Positions 1 to 11,169 of a stretch of DNA of 64,000 nucleotides are shown in pieces (within the stretch, counting starts at the first letter, position 1; every line of letters starts with the position of its first letter). The translations under genes were made by a program, and so were the position numbers. Origin of the DNA: Eledone cirrhosa (lineage: Eukaryota); assembly GCA_964016885.1 (NCBI GenBank), contig OZ024740.1:130138001-130202000 (forward strand), in the 5' to 3' direction. The notes under the pieces were generated by a model. That model searched no databases and was not told the DNA's origin. It saw only the letters and a list, made by a program, of their open reading frames with translations.

Positions 1-478
1 AGGGTATAGCAGCAGTAGGGTAGAATGGTAAGGGGGAGTGGATGGGTAGGTGTGAAAGTTGGAGTGAGGAGGGTGTGTGTGTGTATTAGTAGAGGTGTTA
101 GTGGGATGAGTGAGTGTTTGAGAAACGGTGTGGGTGGAGCGGGGAGAGAAGGGTGTGGGGGTCGATGGAGGGAGTGTGGTGTACTGGTGTGTGTGTTTGG
201 TGAAGAGGGTGTTAGTGGGTGTTAGTATACAGCAGGTGGAGAAAGGGTTGAATGCGGGTGTGAGTGGTGGTCAGTGGTGGTAGGGTGTGTAGAGTGGGTG
301 GTGTAAGAAGGTGTGTGTGTACGTGTGCGTAGGGTTGGGGGGTGTTAGTGATGCTAGTTGCGTGTAGGGTGGCTGGTGTAAGTGGGTGTGTGTGTTAGTG
401 TGCTTGGGGTCAGGGGATGTTAGTGATGTTAGTTGCGGGATGGTGGGGTATATATGTGTGTGTGTGTGTGTGTGTGTT
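1..478. repeat. GT-rich low-complexity / degenerate (TG)n tract
   Basis: Strong G/T skew, with repeated gtgtgt, gtgttagtg and ggtgg words ending in a (TG)n run. Confidence 0.8.
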
Positions 479-499
479 AACCTTTTAAATCGAAATCAT

Positions 500-1340
500 A
501 ACTACTAATGTAATGAAATACGTGTTGCTAAACTGGACCACGTCAGCCACCAAAAACATGTGTAATGCTTTGTTTATGGTAAAATGCAGTATGTTAACAA
601 CGACGTAGAAGACATTCAAAGAAAGAAAAGAGATATTGACTGCAATTAAAATGTTTTCTACATGAAAAGCTGTAAAGAATGTTTGAGACAAGAAGTGAGA
701 TGATGTCTTGTACATAAATACCACTTTTAAGGCCATTATGAATGCTGGTGGAGTGAAACATGTAGTCGATGTAAAGTGCGTTACCTAACCTGAAAGAAAG
801 AACAGGAGAATCAGTGAATGGTTTACAATTCCTAGATTTACTATTCTTAAACGCTCACGAATTAGCATTTTTCTAAATTACATTAACTATAAAAGAGGAA
901 ATATTTAAAGGGGGATTTGAAGTCATTGAGCAAATGCAGTTAGTGGAAATTTCTATGGGCGTTCCAGAAAACTAATTCTGTTAGGTGAAGAATATAAAAT
1001 ACTTTGGATGAGTGGATAACGATTATATTCTCTACTTAAAGAAATAAGTAGGAGATGAATTATAGGCATTATTATTGATTTGATTAAAACATTCCATGAA
1101 GCGCACTGTGGTACCGGTTTTTCAATTTGCGTATGAAACATACTCCAATGTCCTATTGTTGTTTGGAATATAATGGCGGTGGGTGTGCGGGACGTGTGGA
1201 GTGATTGTTTAAATTACTTCAGGAAGATTTTCATGACAGATTAGATTCGATGTTCAAAACCTGCTAGCGTGGATTTCGTAAATTATCCATCGAATGATTA
1301 AACCCCTAGTCTGTGAATTTTCAAACTTGTCAGCTGTTCG
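500..1340 (-). mobile_element. Very old, decayed Penelope-like linker/GIY-YIG remnant (tentative)
   Basis: Minus-strand peptide scraps YNRYPLIQSILYSSPN..FLERP and SNILYSFSCRK resemble the PLE linker and the first GIY-YIG motif; many stops and frameshifts. Confidence 0.3.
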
Positions 1341-1551
1341 CTTGCTCTAGTATACAGACAGACACACACGCACACACGAACCCACACCCCCACACACACA
1401 CTTACACACATATATATATATAGAGAGAGAATTAGAATTTAGCTTCAAACATAGCTGTATACAAACATGTATTTGAATTTCGTATTTCAAAAGCTATACG
1501 GTATGTTTATAAATATATAAACATACCGTATTTCTTTAGATATACGTAATT

Positions 1552-1587
<36 letters not shown>

Positions 1588-1744
1588 GATTTAATGCTCT
1601 GAAATAGCGATATATATGTGAAGACAAACATAGAATATTCGAAAATATTCTGTATGTTTCTAATAAACATTTTGAAGACCCAATCGCTATAGAATAGAAT
1701 ACGTCACGTATTACAATTTGAGATTCTCGATAAAAGTAAGGGAA

Positions 1745-1787
1745 GTAATCTACGCGTTTCATTCTTGTTAGAAATCTTCAGGATTAC
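1745..1787 (-). ncRNA. Minimal type I hammerhead ribozyme
   Basis: Reverse complement reads GTAATC-CTGAAGA-T TTCT AACA AGAA T-GAAA-CGCG-TA-GATTAC. Confidence 0.85.
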
Positions 1788-1959
1788 ATATCCAATACAT
1801 TTATCGAGAACGACACAGCTAGAGACTTATAGAATACTTAGCTGTGTACAGGAACTGGTTTGATAGAGCGGTAGCCGGTCCGGCAGAAATTAGAATTTGG
1901 ATTTAATGCTCTGAAATAGCGATATATATGTGAAGACAAACATAGAATATGTAAGGGAA

Positions 1960-2002
1960 GTAATCTACGCGTTTCATTCTTGTTAGAAATCTTCAGGATT
2001 AC
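1960..2002 (-). ncRNA. Minimal type I hammerhead ribozyme
   Basis: Same motif as 1745-1787. Confidence 0.85.
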
Positions 2003-2313
2003 ATATCCAATACTTTTATCGAGAACGACACAGCTAGAGACTTATAGAATACAAACAACAATAGGACATTGGAGTATGTTTCATACGCAAATTGAAAAAC
2101 CGGTACCACAGTGCGCTTCATGGAATGTTTTAATCAAATCAATAATAATGCCTATAATTCATCTCCTATAGAATACTTAGCTGTGTACAGGAACTGGTTT
2201 GGTAGAGCGGTAGCCGGTCCGGCAGAAATTAGAATTTGGATTTAATGCTCTGTACACAGCTAAGTATTCTATAAGTCTCTAGCTGTGTCGTTCTCGATAA
2301 AAGTATTGGATAT

Positions 2314-2356
2314 GTAATCCTGAAGATTTCTAACAAGAATGAAACGCGTAGATTAC
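2314..2356 (+). ncRNA. Minimal type I hammerhead ribozyme
   Basis: Helix I gtaatc/gattac; CTGAAGA 2320-2326; stem II TTCT/AGAA; GAAA 2341-2344; palindromic ACGCGT at helix III; GUA cleavage triplet. Confidence 0.9.
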
Positions 2357-2628
2357 TTCCCTTACTTTTATCGAGAATCTCAAATTGTAATACGTGACGT
2401 ATTCTATTCTATAGCGATTGGGTCTTCAAAATGTTTATTATAAACACACAGAATATTTTCGAATATTCTATGTTTGTCTTGGGAACATATATATCGCTAT
2501 TTCAGAACATTAAATCCAAATTCTAATTTCTGCCGGACCGGCTACCGCTCTATCAAACCAGTTCCTGTACACAGCTAAGTATTCTATAAGTCTCTAGCTG
2601 TGCCGTTCTCGATAAAAGTATTGGATAT

Positions 2629-2671
2629 GTAATCCTGAAGATTTCTAACAAGAATGAAACGCGTAGATTAC
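2629..2671 (+). ncRNA. Minimal type I hammerhead ribozyme
   Basis: Identical motif 315 bp downstream of 2314. Confidence 0.9.
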
Positions 2672-2789
2672 TTCCCTTACTTTTATCGAGAATCTCAAAT
2701 TGTAATACGTGACGTATTCTATTCTATAGCGATTGGGTCTTCAAAATGTTTATTATAAACATACAGAATATTTTCGAATATTCTATGTT

Positions 2790-2823
<34 letters not shown>

Positions 2824-4789
2824 AATGTGACGTATCAAAATATGTTTGATATTTGTGCTTCTGGATAAAAACTGCTCAATAGACGTTGTTCAGGGGTATA
2901 ATAATTCAAAAGTAAAAGACACGTGTATATATACATAGACAGAGAAAGGACCATTTATCCAAGAGAATACACAACATATTGTATATATATTCAAAGCACA
3001 TAGTTCCTTATTTGTCATGTTGACACACATACACTACCCGTATATTCTCCCACATACACACACCCCCACATAACGACACACAGAGACAAACACACCCGCA
3101 TATGTATAATATTTACAAATGGACGTATATTTGTATATATATTCCACATTACATAACGTACGCTAAGGGAAATAACTGGAACAGGATGTAGTGTCGGTTG
3201 TGATGGTGAATCCGTTGACTCCTCCCCAGTACTATAACAACCAAACTTGAAAAAGCGATATTTTCATCAAGGTTTTTTTAGGAGAGCTATTATAGGATAA
3301 CAACAAAAAAATTTCCTTCAGTTAGTAAACTGTTCAGGACTAGTCAAGTTTCTTCCAATATACTTCTAAATTTTTCATAATGAACTTTTGCAAACCCCCC
3401 AAAAAACTTAAAATATATAAATGAACAATATTGTAAAAAGTAAAAAGTTCAGCAACATTGCGTTATCTTTTAAAGAGTCGTTTTACATCAGCCATAGAAA
3501 GCTAATTAATGTGAGGTGATACTAACTACAACAAAAATGCTATTTACTAAAAAAACGACACCGCGCTATTTGGTGTTTATTAAAGTGAGGTGATATTGAT
3601 AAGAACAATAACTGAGCTCCAATTATCCGAGCCTTCTATCTACAATAATATCTTAAATGAGGTAAGCTTCGCCATTGATTTAGATCTCCCTGGTGAAGAT
3701 AATAGACCGTTGCATTGATTACTTATTTTACACCCATTTTAACCATAAAACTTGCCAAGAATAACTATACTTCACATTCCAAACACGAGCACAAGTAACC
3801 ATAAAAAGGGCAATAGAGAGTCTTTCGCAAAGGCAGCAAAACTTGAGAAATAATGGCAGAGAGATGCTGCAAGCAGGGTCAATGAGACCTAACAGGAAAG
3901 AGAAAAGCCCTTAAATCATTTATGGCAAAATAATGAAATCCACAAGAGTCAAGAATCAAAAGCGTATTGAGATAAAGCGTTTAAATAATGAATGGGCAGG
4001 GAAAGCAGCCGCAGTTGCCAATGAGCCAATAGGTTAGTAAGAGACTCAGCAAATACGAAAAACAGGAGCAAACATCTGCAGAGAGACGTAAGCTTCTTGA
4101 TCAAGATAAGCAGCATAGGTTTGACAAAATCTTAGCACATTTCCAGGTGACTTGGAAAATATCAGGTCTTAACAATGAGCAGATTTTACGAAGGAAAGAA
4201 ATGGGAAAGAAAACACCACTGTGTATTGTTGAATAGGAACTATTACGCTAACGAAGTTGTTACATTCTCAGATACTCTAAAGGCGCGTATTTGGGTAACA
4301 CATCTAAAAGCATCTACTTTTTTGAAAATTATTACAATGTACATTCCGTTTTACAAATGATCACCTTTGCTGGCAATATTATAAAAGAAGTCATCATTAA
4401 CTGAAACTTCAAGTTTCAACATTATGTGTACAATAATATTGGAATTTGTAGCGAATTGAAAGTAAAAACCCACAGATATACAGTTATATTTTTGGCAGAT
4501 TACGGAGAACAGGCTTTGTACCGATCATTGGAAATTCTATATCTTTAAAAAAAAAAGGTTAATATTTGATCTCCAAAATATGTGATATGCACACAATAGT
4601 TAAATTGGAAATTTCACATATGCATTTGAGCCTGCACCACTCAATGACTACAACACCCCGTTTCTTATAAAAACGTTCCAAAGACCATATTAATGTTGAA
4701 ATCTACAAGTTTATCTACCAAACAAGGAGCCATATAAAGAACATTCCTTGATTATGTCAGTGCAGCATTATATGTAGTTATGATTGAGT

Positions 4790-5900
4790 CATATATCCTG
4801 ATGGGAGACTTCAATACACATGTTGGCACTGACCACCTGTCAGGGAAAGGAATCGTCGAAAACAGCATATTTTTATACACACGCTGTGCATTCGTGAATG
4901 ATGACTAATCTCTCGGAGTCTGAGGTCACAATAGCAGTTAAAGTGCTTAAATGTTGCAAGAGTGCTGCGGAAGATGAAATCCGGCCTGAGATGTTAAACG
5001 CTTTAAATAGAGAAAGAATACTTTGACTGGCTCATATGTTCCGGGTGAACTGGAACTCTGGAAAGACATATTGCAATAGCAATCGGGATAGACAATCCCA
5101 ATTTTCCAAAAGGGTGACAAGAGAGATAATTCCAGTTACATAGCGGTCTCCTTTTTAAGCCACCCCTGTAAAGATTATGCTAAATGTGTGGCAAGGAGAT
5201 GTAGAGAGATTCGCTTGTCCAATTTAGCAGATGAACAGCGCAGTCTTTTTTCTCGAACGTATTACAACCGATTAAATATTCACACTCTGACAGGTTTACG
5301 AGTAATCATTGGAGTACACTCAAGAGGTATATTCATGTTTTGTAGAAAAGGCATATGACTGCATTCCTTGGAACCTGCTGTGGAAAGTTCTGCAGGAGTA
5401 TAGAATGGATGGCCGGCTTCTTGTAGCCCTGATATCTCTATATGAATGCCCAAGTAATTGTGTTCGGATAAATGATGCTTAATCGAAATAATTCCGTGTG
5501 GGTGTCGAACTCCGCAAACGGCGGTTACTGTCACCTCTCTTGTTCATTATTTAAAATAATTAGTGCGGTGGATTGGCAGTATCGGTAGAGGGTCGGGCGT
5601 AATGCTTTGAAGCATAGAGTTACCTCCCTTTATGATCTGAGTTCAAATCCCGCCGAGGTTAACTTTACCTTTCATCCTTACGGGGTCGATAACATATAAT
5701 ACCAGTAATGCACTGGAACAATTGCTGGCCTGGTGCCAAAAGTAGAAACAATTATTTAAAATAATAGGGTGACATGCGCAGCCGGGCTAGGAGATTGGCA
5801 GTTGTAAAATTAAGCGATTGGATTTTTTAGACGACATGGTGTTACTTTTACTCGTCAGAAGGTGATATCCGATCTGCACTTCATATGTTTGATGCAAGGC
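4790..5900 (+). mobile_element. Decayed RTE-clade LINE fragment (APE motif + RT), interrupted by a SINE
   Basis: Translated scraps MGDFNTHVG, SAAEDEIRPEML, IPIFQKGDK, EKAYDCIP, LWKVLQEY, LLSPLLFII and, after the SINE, FLDDMVLL. Confidence 0.75.
5565..5750 (+). mobile_element. tRNA-derived SINE with 15-bp target-site duplication
   Basis: A-box TGGCAGTATCGG, B-box GAGTTCAAATCC, central ctttcatccttacggggtcgataa domain; attatttaaaataat at 5546-5560 and 5751-5765. Confidence 0.85.
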
Positions 5901-6317
5901 CGGCGGCGGAAAATAAACTCAGTTTCTTAAATCAAAATGTCAACATAATCTGAAGCGTGAGAAATAGATAATTCGGAAAAAAATATTCTGTTGAAATAAA
6001 CTCAGTATATAAGATGCAGGTTTACCAAACATAATCTAAGCTAAATTTAAGCAAAATATTTCACTGACTATCTTTTTCTGCCAGAGGAGAGTTAATTAGG
6101 ACCTTATAGATATACATATATATATATCAATTTATAGATTGGCATATGAAACGTATTTTGCCAACAGTTCGAATAATTCGAAGAGATTGTAAGCTAATAT
6201 ATGTTTTTTTTTATGAAAGAAGTATAATTTTCCATTAACACCTTTCTCTATATTTACTCTGCCTTTATATGTATGACCACGTTTCCACGATAATATTTCT
6301 TCGTCTTCAAACCTTTA

Positions 6318-6792
6318 TCTATATATCTAAAACAGAATCTCTGACTGTCTGTCTATCTCCTTAAAACTCGAGAACCACCCAACCGGTTGTTTTCAAACTT
6401 TACACATGTAATGCTTATGGTCCTGTGAGTGTTCAAATGTTCATTGACCTAGGTACCGCATTAGTCGATTTAGCGATCTCTCTATATAATTCTTAGTCTT
6501 TTTTTGAGATAGATACATAGATACAACGTTGCGCCCTTATAATATCTGTCTGTAAGTCTATCTGTCTGCATTACGACATTATGACGCTATTTATGTGTGT
6601 ATATGTATATATATATATACGATATTAACAAATGGAAACCATATTTATAAACCCATATTTATTTCATTACACATAATTCAAGAATGCAAAGTTAAATTAT
6701 GGTGTGCTTTCATCAGATAAAATATAATATAGATAGGTTTTATAAATAAATATTAACATACCCTTAAAAAATGCAACCATTACTGTTGGAGG

Positions 6793-6880
<88 letters not shown>

Positions 6881-7018
6881 GTGTACAGATATGTTTGCAC
6901 ACGCAATAACAAATATAAACGAACGTATTTATTTTACGAGGCTCGATAAGGATAAATATATATCTAATATTTAAGAACCCCGGAGCAAATCTCGAGCGAC
7001 GCCGCGGCATTGTGCTAG
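6318..7018 (+). mobile_element. Non-autonomous Helitron-like element
   Basis: Starts a|TCTATATATCTAAAA followed by ctgtctgtct and aactcgagaa. Ends with a GC-rich stretch then CTAG|t. Sits between A and T with no TSD. Confidence 0.65.
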
Positions 7019-8011
7019 TATATTATATAAACGCATAGAGCTATGTCTATTTAATAAAAGCTGGCAATCACATACCAGCATTTTAATCATCTTCTTTCCT
7101 TTGAGAATCGTTTGTATAGTTCCACATTTGATATATATAGGATGGAAGCGATGCCCTTTTTCTTGTTGCAGCCGTCATCGTGGTGGGCTCATCACTGTTG
7201 CTGTTGTTATTGTTGTTGTTCGTGTTACCACTGTCCGGCTCTCAGATAATGGGTACTCACTGCCATGGACTTGATACTAATATCAATGATGTCATCACTA
7301 CTACGACGATGGGCGCGGTTAATGTTTGTTACCGTTACTATTGTTGTTGTTGCTATGGTCTTGGTGATAGATCCCATCAAATCTGTGTATCAACCTACTA
7401 CAGAGCTCCGTTTATTGCTGTGGCAGTTATTATCGCTGTTATTGTCGGTGGGGTGGGACCGTCACTATGACTACTAGGGCCTATGTACGCGACATTGGTC
7501 TGTGTTTTTGCTGCTGTTGTCGTTGTTGCTGCTGTTGTTATAGCTGTTTACTCTAGCCGTTGCTATCGTTGTTGTTGCCAGAAGGTCCACAAAATATATA
7601 TCCCACCTCCCTCAGAGCTCCATTTATTATTTCCACTATCTACTGGTCTTTGGTAACACAGTTTTTTCGTTGATAGCACTTTACTCTAGAAAAGACGACA
7701 GCTTGGAGACCCTTTCAGGAACTCATATGTCTGCTGGGCACACAGGAAATAAGACGTGTGTTTTTCCTGCCGGCAGCATATCAAACATATCGGTTATCAT
7801 CTGAGGATACCGTTCTCATAACAACAAATGCATGTAGGACTTCTCGCTTACATGGAGAACTGTGGAAATAATTATAATGATTAAACGATTTATGTAACCT
7901 CACGATTTTATTTTGTTATTTTTATTCAAAAATCTCTATCGTGACTAAAAACCTAGATTGTTGTGAACTTTCTCCTCCAGGTCGTGTTTTTTACCTAAAC
8001 AATCTCTTCTG

Positions 8012-8086
<75 letters not shown>

Positions 8087-9599
8087 ATGTGTGTATGTGT
8101 GTGTGTATGTGTGTGTGGGTGTGTATGTGTGTGTGTGTACGCGCGCTTGGGCGTGCGTCTTTACTGTAAATCTAAACGCTGATAAATATTAAACAGCAGC
8201 TTTGGTGGAAGAATCGCTTTCGAAACGTACTTTAAGATGTCCTGTTAAATGACGTAATTGACTTTCCGTTCATACCAAAAAAACAAGCGTCTTACATTTG
8301 CTTTGTTTTCCGACCTCATTAATTTCATATAATTTATTCTAACCTATTTCGTATATCATGAACATGAATTTGCTCTTCATGATATAAATTAAAAATCAAG
8401 AACCAACTGAATATAAAAAATTCAACATGTATGAATACTCTGTGTGAAAATATATAGGTAAGACTGCATTAGAAATTTCAATAATTTAATAAAATTTAGC
8501 TTCGTAGGTGTGAAGTTTACTTTCACAAATTTATATTAGTAATTCAACAAACAAGGAAGAAATTTTACTTACAAATACGTTTGCTTTCTCTGATGATGTG
8601 AGCTTCCCACATACTACCAACACACTTTGTAGCTCAATCTTATGACACTCCAATGATTTCTTTCCTTTTGATGCCATTCATTTCTATTCACAACGAAATA
8701 TATTTAATTAAGAATTAATTTAATACTAATCCAGAGCTGGGATTTAAATTGAAAGTAATTTCATTAGACACTATTGCGTTTTGACAGGACTTAATTAATG
8801 ATAAATCTAGCATATGTCCTGTCCTTCACTGTAAGCTCATCGAGGCCTAGACTAACGTCACACCTGTCGTTATTGGCACCATATCTTGAAGGTTAAAATA
8901 CAATCAATAAAGGAAAATCTATTAGAATTATCTATAATGAGGCACATCTATACGCACGCAAAATTCTATATAGACTATAGTCTATTTCATGCCCGTAAAT
9001 TTTAAGTGGGTGTCACTGTTAAAAGATGAAAAAATCTGAAATATCAGACGCTGTCTAATATTCTCAGGTGCGGGCAACTCGGTGATATATTCTCCGAGAA
9101 TAATACAGAAAAGTATAATTTCGTTTCGTTACGAAACATATTTTCTTTTTTTTGTTTCTGCAGTAAGGCTACCTATATGTTATTGTATATAAACAAATAA
9201 TACATGTTTATATATGGTTTCATATACACTTCCATTGTGCTTAAACGGCTGCTAATGCAGCTCTTAATATTTATCTCTCTCTATATATATATTAAGTTAT
9301 TAACAAAACTAGTGCTATTTATATGATGATTAGTACGTCCATTTTAGAAAAATACTATGAGTGAATGGCATATATTTCCATGGAATACATGTGTCCTTGT
9401 GGTTGACTGGATGATAAACACGTCTTTTGATGAGCGTCCAAGTAGAGCAGAAAATAGATTAAAGATGTTTCTATTCATATGAAATTCGTATTTTCTGGCG
9501 TTTTTACACGCCAACCTATGTGATGCGTGTATATACACGTTAGTGATGTTTTGGTTACACACTCTTTATTTATACATATGAAACTTTATGATACACATG

Positions 9600-9940
<341 letters not shown>

Positions 9941-10985
9941 CTGTGGGGTGTCTGCAAATGTATGCATACCAGTAAAATAAAAACTACGACGGATATAACA
10001 ATAACAATATAACTTGCAAAAGCTAAACATAACTGAAAGTAGTCTATACAAAATAAATGAGAAAAACATGATTTCTTTATGAAAACCACCTGAAACATTT
10101 ATCATTTATTTTGAATGAACTAATTTTTTCTTTGTTTAATGCAAATTTGAATTCCTTTATAAAATAATAGGGATACATCTTCAAATATGTGTTATTACCG
10201 TGATTTCTACATAATTCTTTTAAAAATATTAATTTATTTCATTTTCTCCTGCATAACCAATCTCCGACAATGGCAGATAAAATAGAAACATAGGACAAAA
10301 ACATAAATGAAGGAATCCTTATAGATATCATTAGAAAGTTCTTCTCTCTCACAGGTAAAGAGTACAAACATTATGTATCTGCAAGAAAGGACACGAAGAA
10401 AGATGATGAAATACAGATGAATAATAACAACAAACAATTTGTAAATACACAGGCACTATCTTGAAATAAGACAAATCAAATATAATCCATCTCTTAATGA
10501 ATCTCCTGGAAATATTTCATAGTTATAAAAACTGAAAATCTATAGCCGCACTTATCTAAACTAACTTACTATTCCGTGCCGCGCAGCTTAGAAACATATT
10601 GCAAAAATATACCGATAAATAAAGTAAAAAACCCAGGCATCATCACTACAACAATTATTGACACATGCAAATCGTCATACAGTAAATACCAATCATAAAT
10701 GAATTATATTCAAACTTATAAATACTTTTTTTTCCAGTAAATGTTATAATTTAATATATATCAGATTATGTAAAAGCTGCAAGGAGATTTACATCGATTA
10801 AAAACATGAAAACATGTGACAGCAAGAATGTGAAGTGGCGTCCTTCCTATTAGAGAAGCTATAGGCGGCACAATGGGACACGCGTTAAAATTACAAACAA
10901 CAAACAGAACTGTAAGATTGAACATAAATATATTCGTATCGTACTGTAAATATACATGTAAGTAAACATTATTTGCACCTTTATT

Positions 10986-11169
10986 GGTGGATTGGCAGTA
11001 TCGGTAGAGGGTCGGACGCCATGCTTTGACGCATAGAGTTACGGCGCTTGCTATTCTGAGTTCAAATCCCGCCGAGGTTAACTTTGCCTTTCATCCTTAC
11101 GGGGTTGATAAAATAAAGTACCAGTAATGCACTGGGATAATTGCTGGCCTTGTGCCAAATGTAGAAACA
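10986..11169 (+). mobile_element. tRNA-derived SINE with 19-bp target-site duplication
   Basis: Same family as 5565; attatttgcacctttattg at 10968-10986 and 11170-11188. Confidence 0.9.

Larger units (their letters stand above)
1584..2793. mobile_element. Retrozyme-like / PLE pseudo-LTR array of ~312-bp units, tandem then inverted, one hammerhead per unit
   Basis: Unit start tttggatttaatgctc recurs at 1584 and 1896. Orientation flips at 2250-2252 (ctg microhomology). Both ends lie in (TA)n and four hammerhead motifs are present. Confidence 0.85.

Noticed and set aside
1584-2793. Repeat with a captured unique insert, superficially like CRISPR spacer acquisition
   Set aside because: Units are ~312 bp, there is only one insert, there are no cas genes and the context is eukaryotic; a templated insertion explains it.
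3550-4200. Possible ancient PLE RT on the minus strand; similar LINE-like scraps at about 38600-40100
   Set aside because: Motif matches are too short and broken to support without a profile search.
5565-5660. A-box/B-box sequences as tRNA genes (also 10986, 22395, 34571, 34778)
   Set aside because: No cloverleaf; they continue into a shared SINE body and have TSDs.
6270-6315. Minus-strand TTGAAGA..GAAAC..GTC hammerhead-like string
   Set aside because: No helix I pairing and a poor stem II.
7180-7477. Signal-peptide-like Cys/Leu-rich ORFs
   Set aside because: They derive from degenerate (TTG/CTG)n low complexity, with no splice or homology support.
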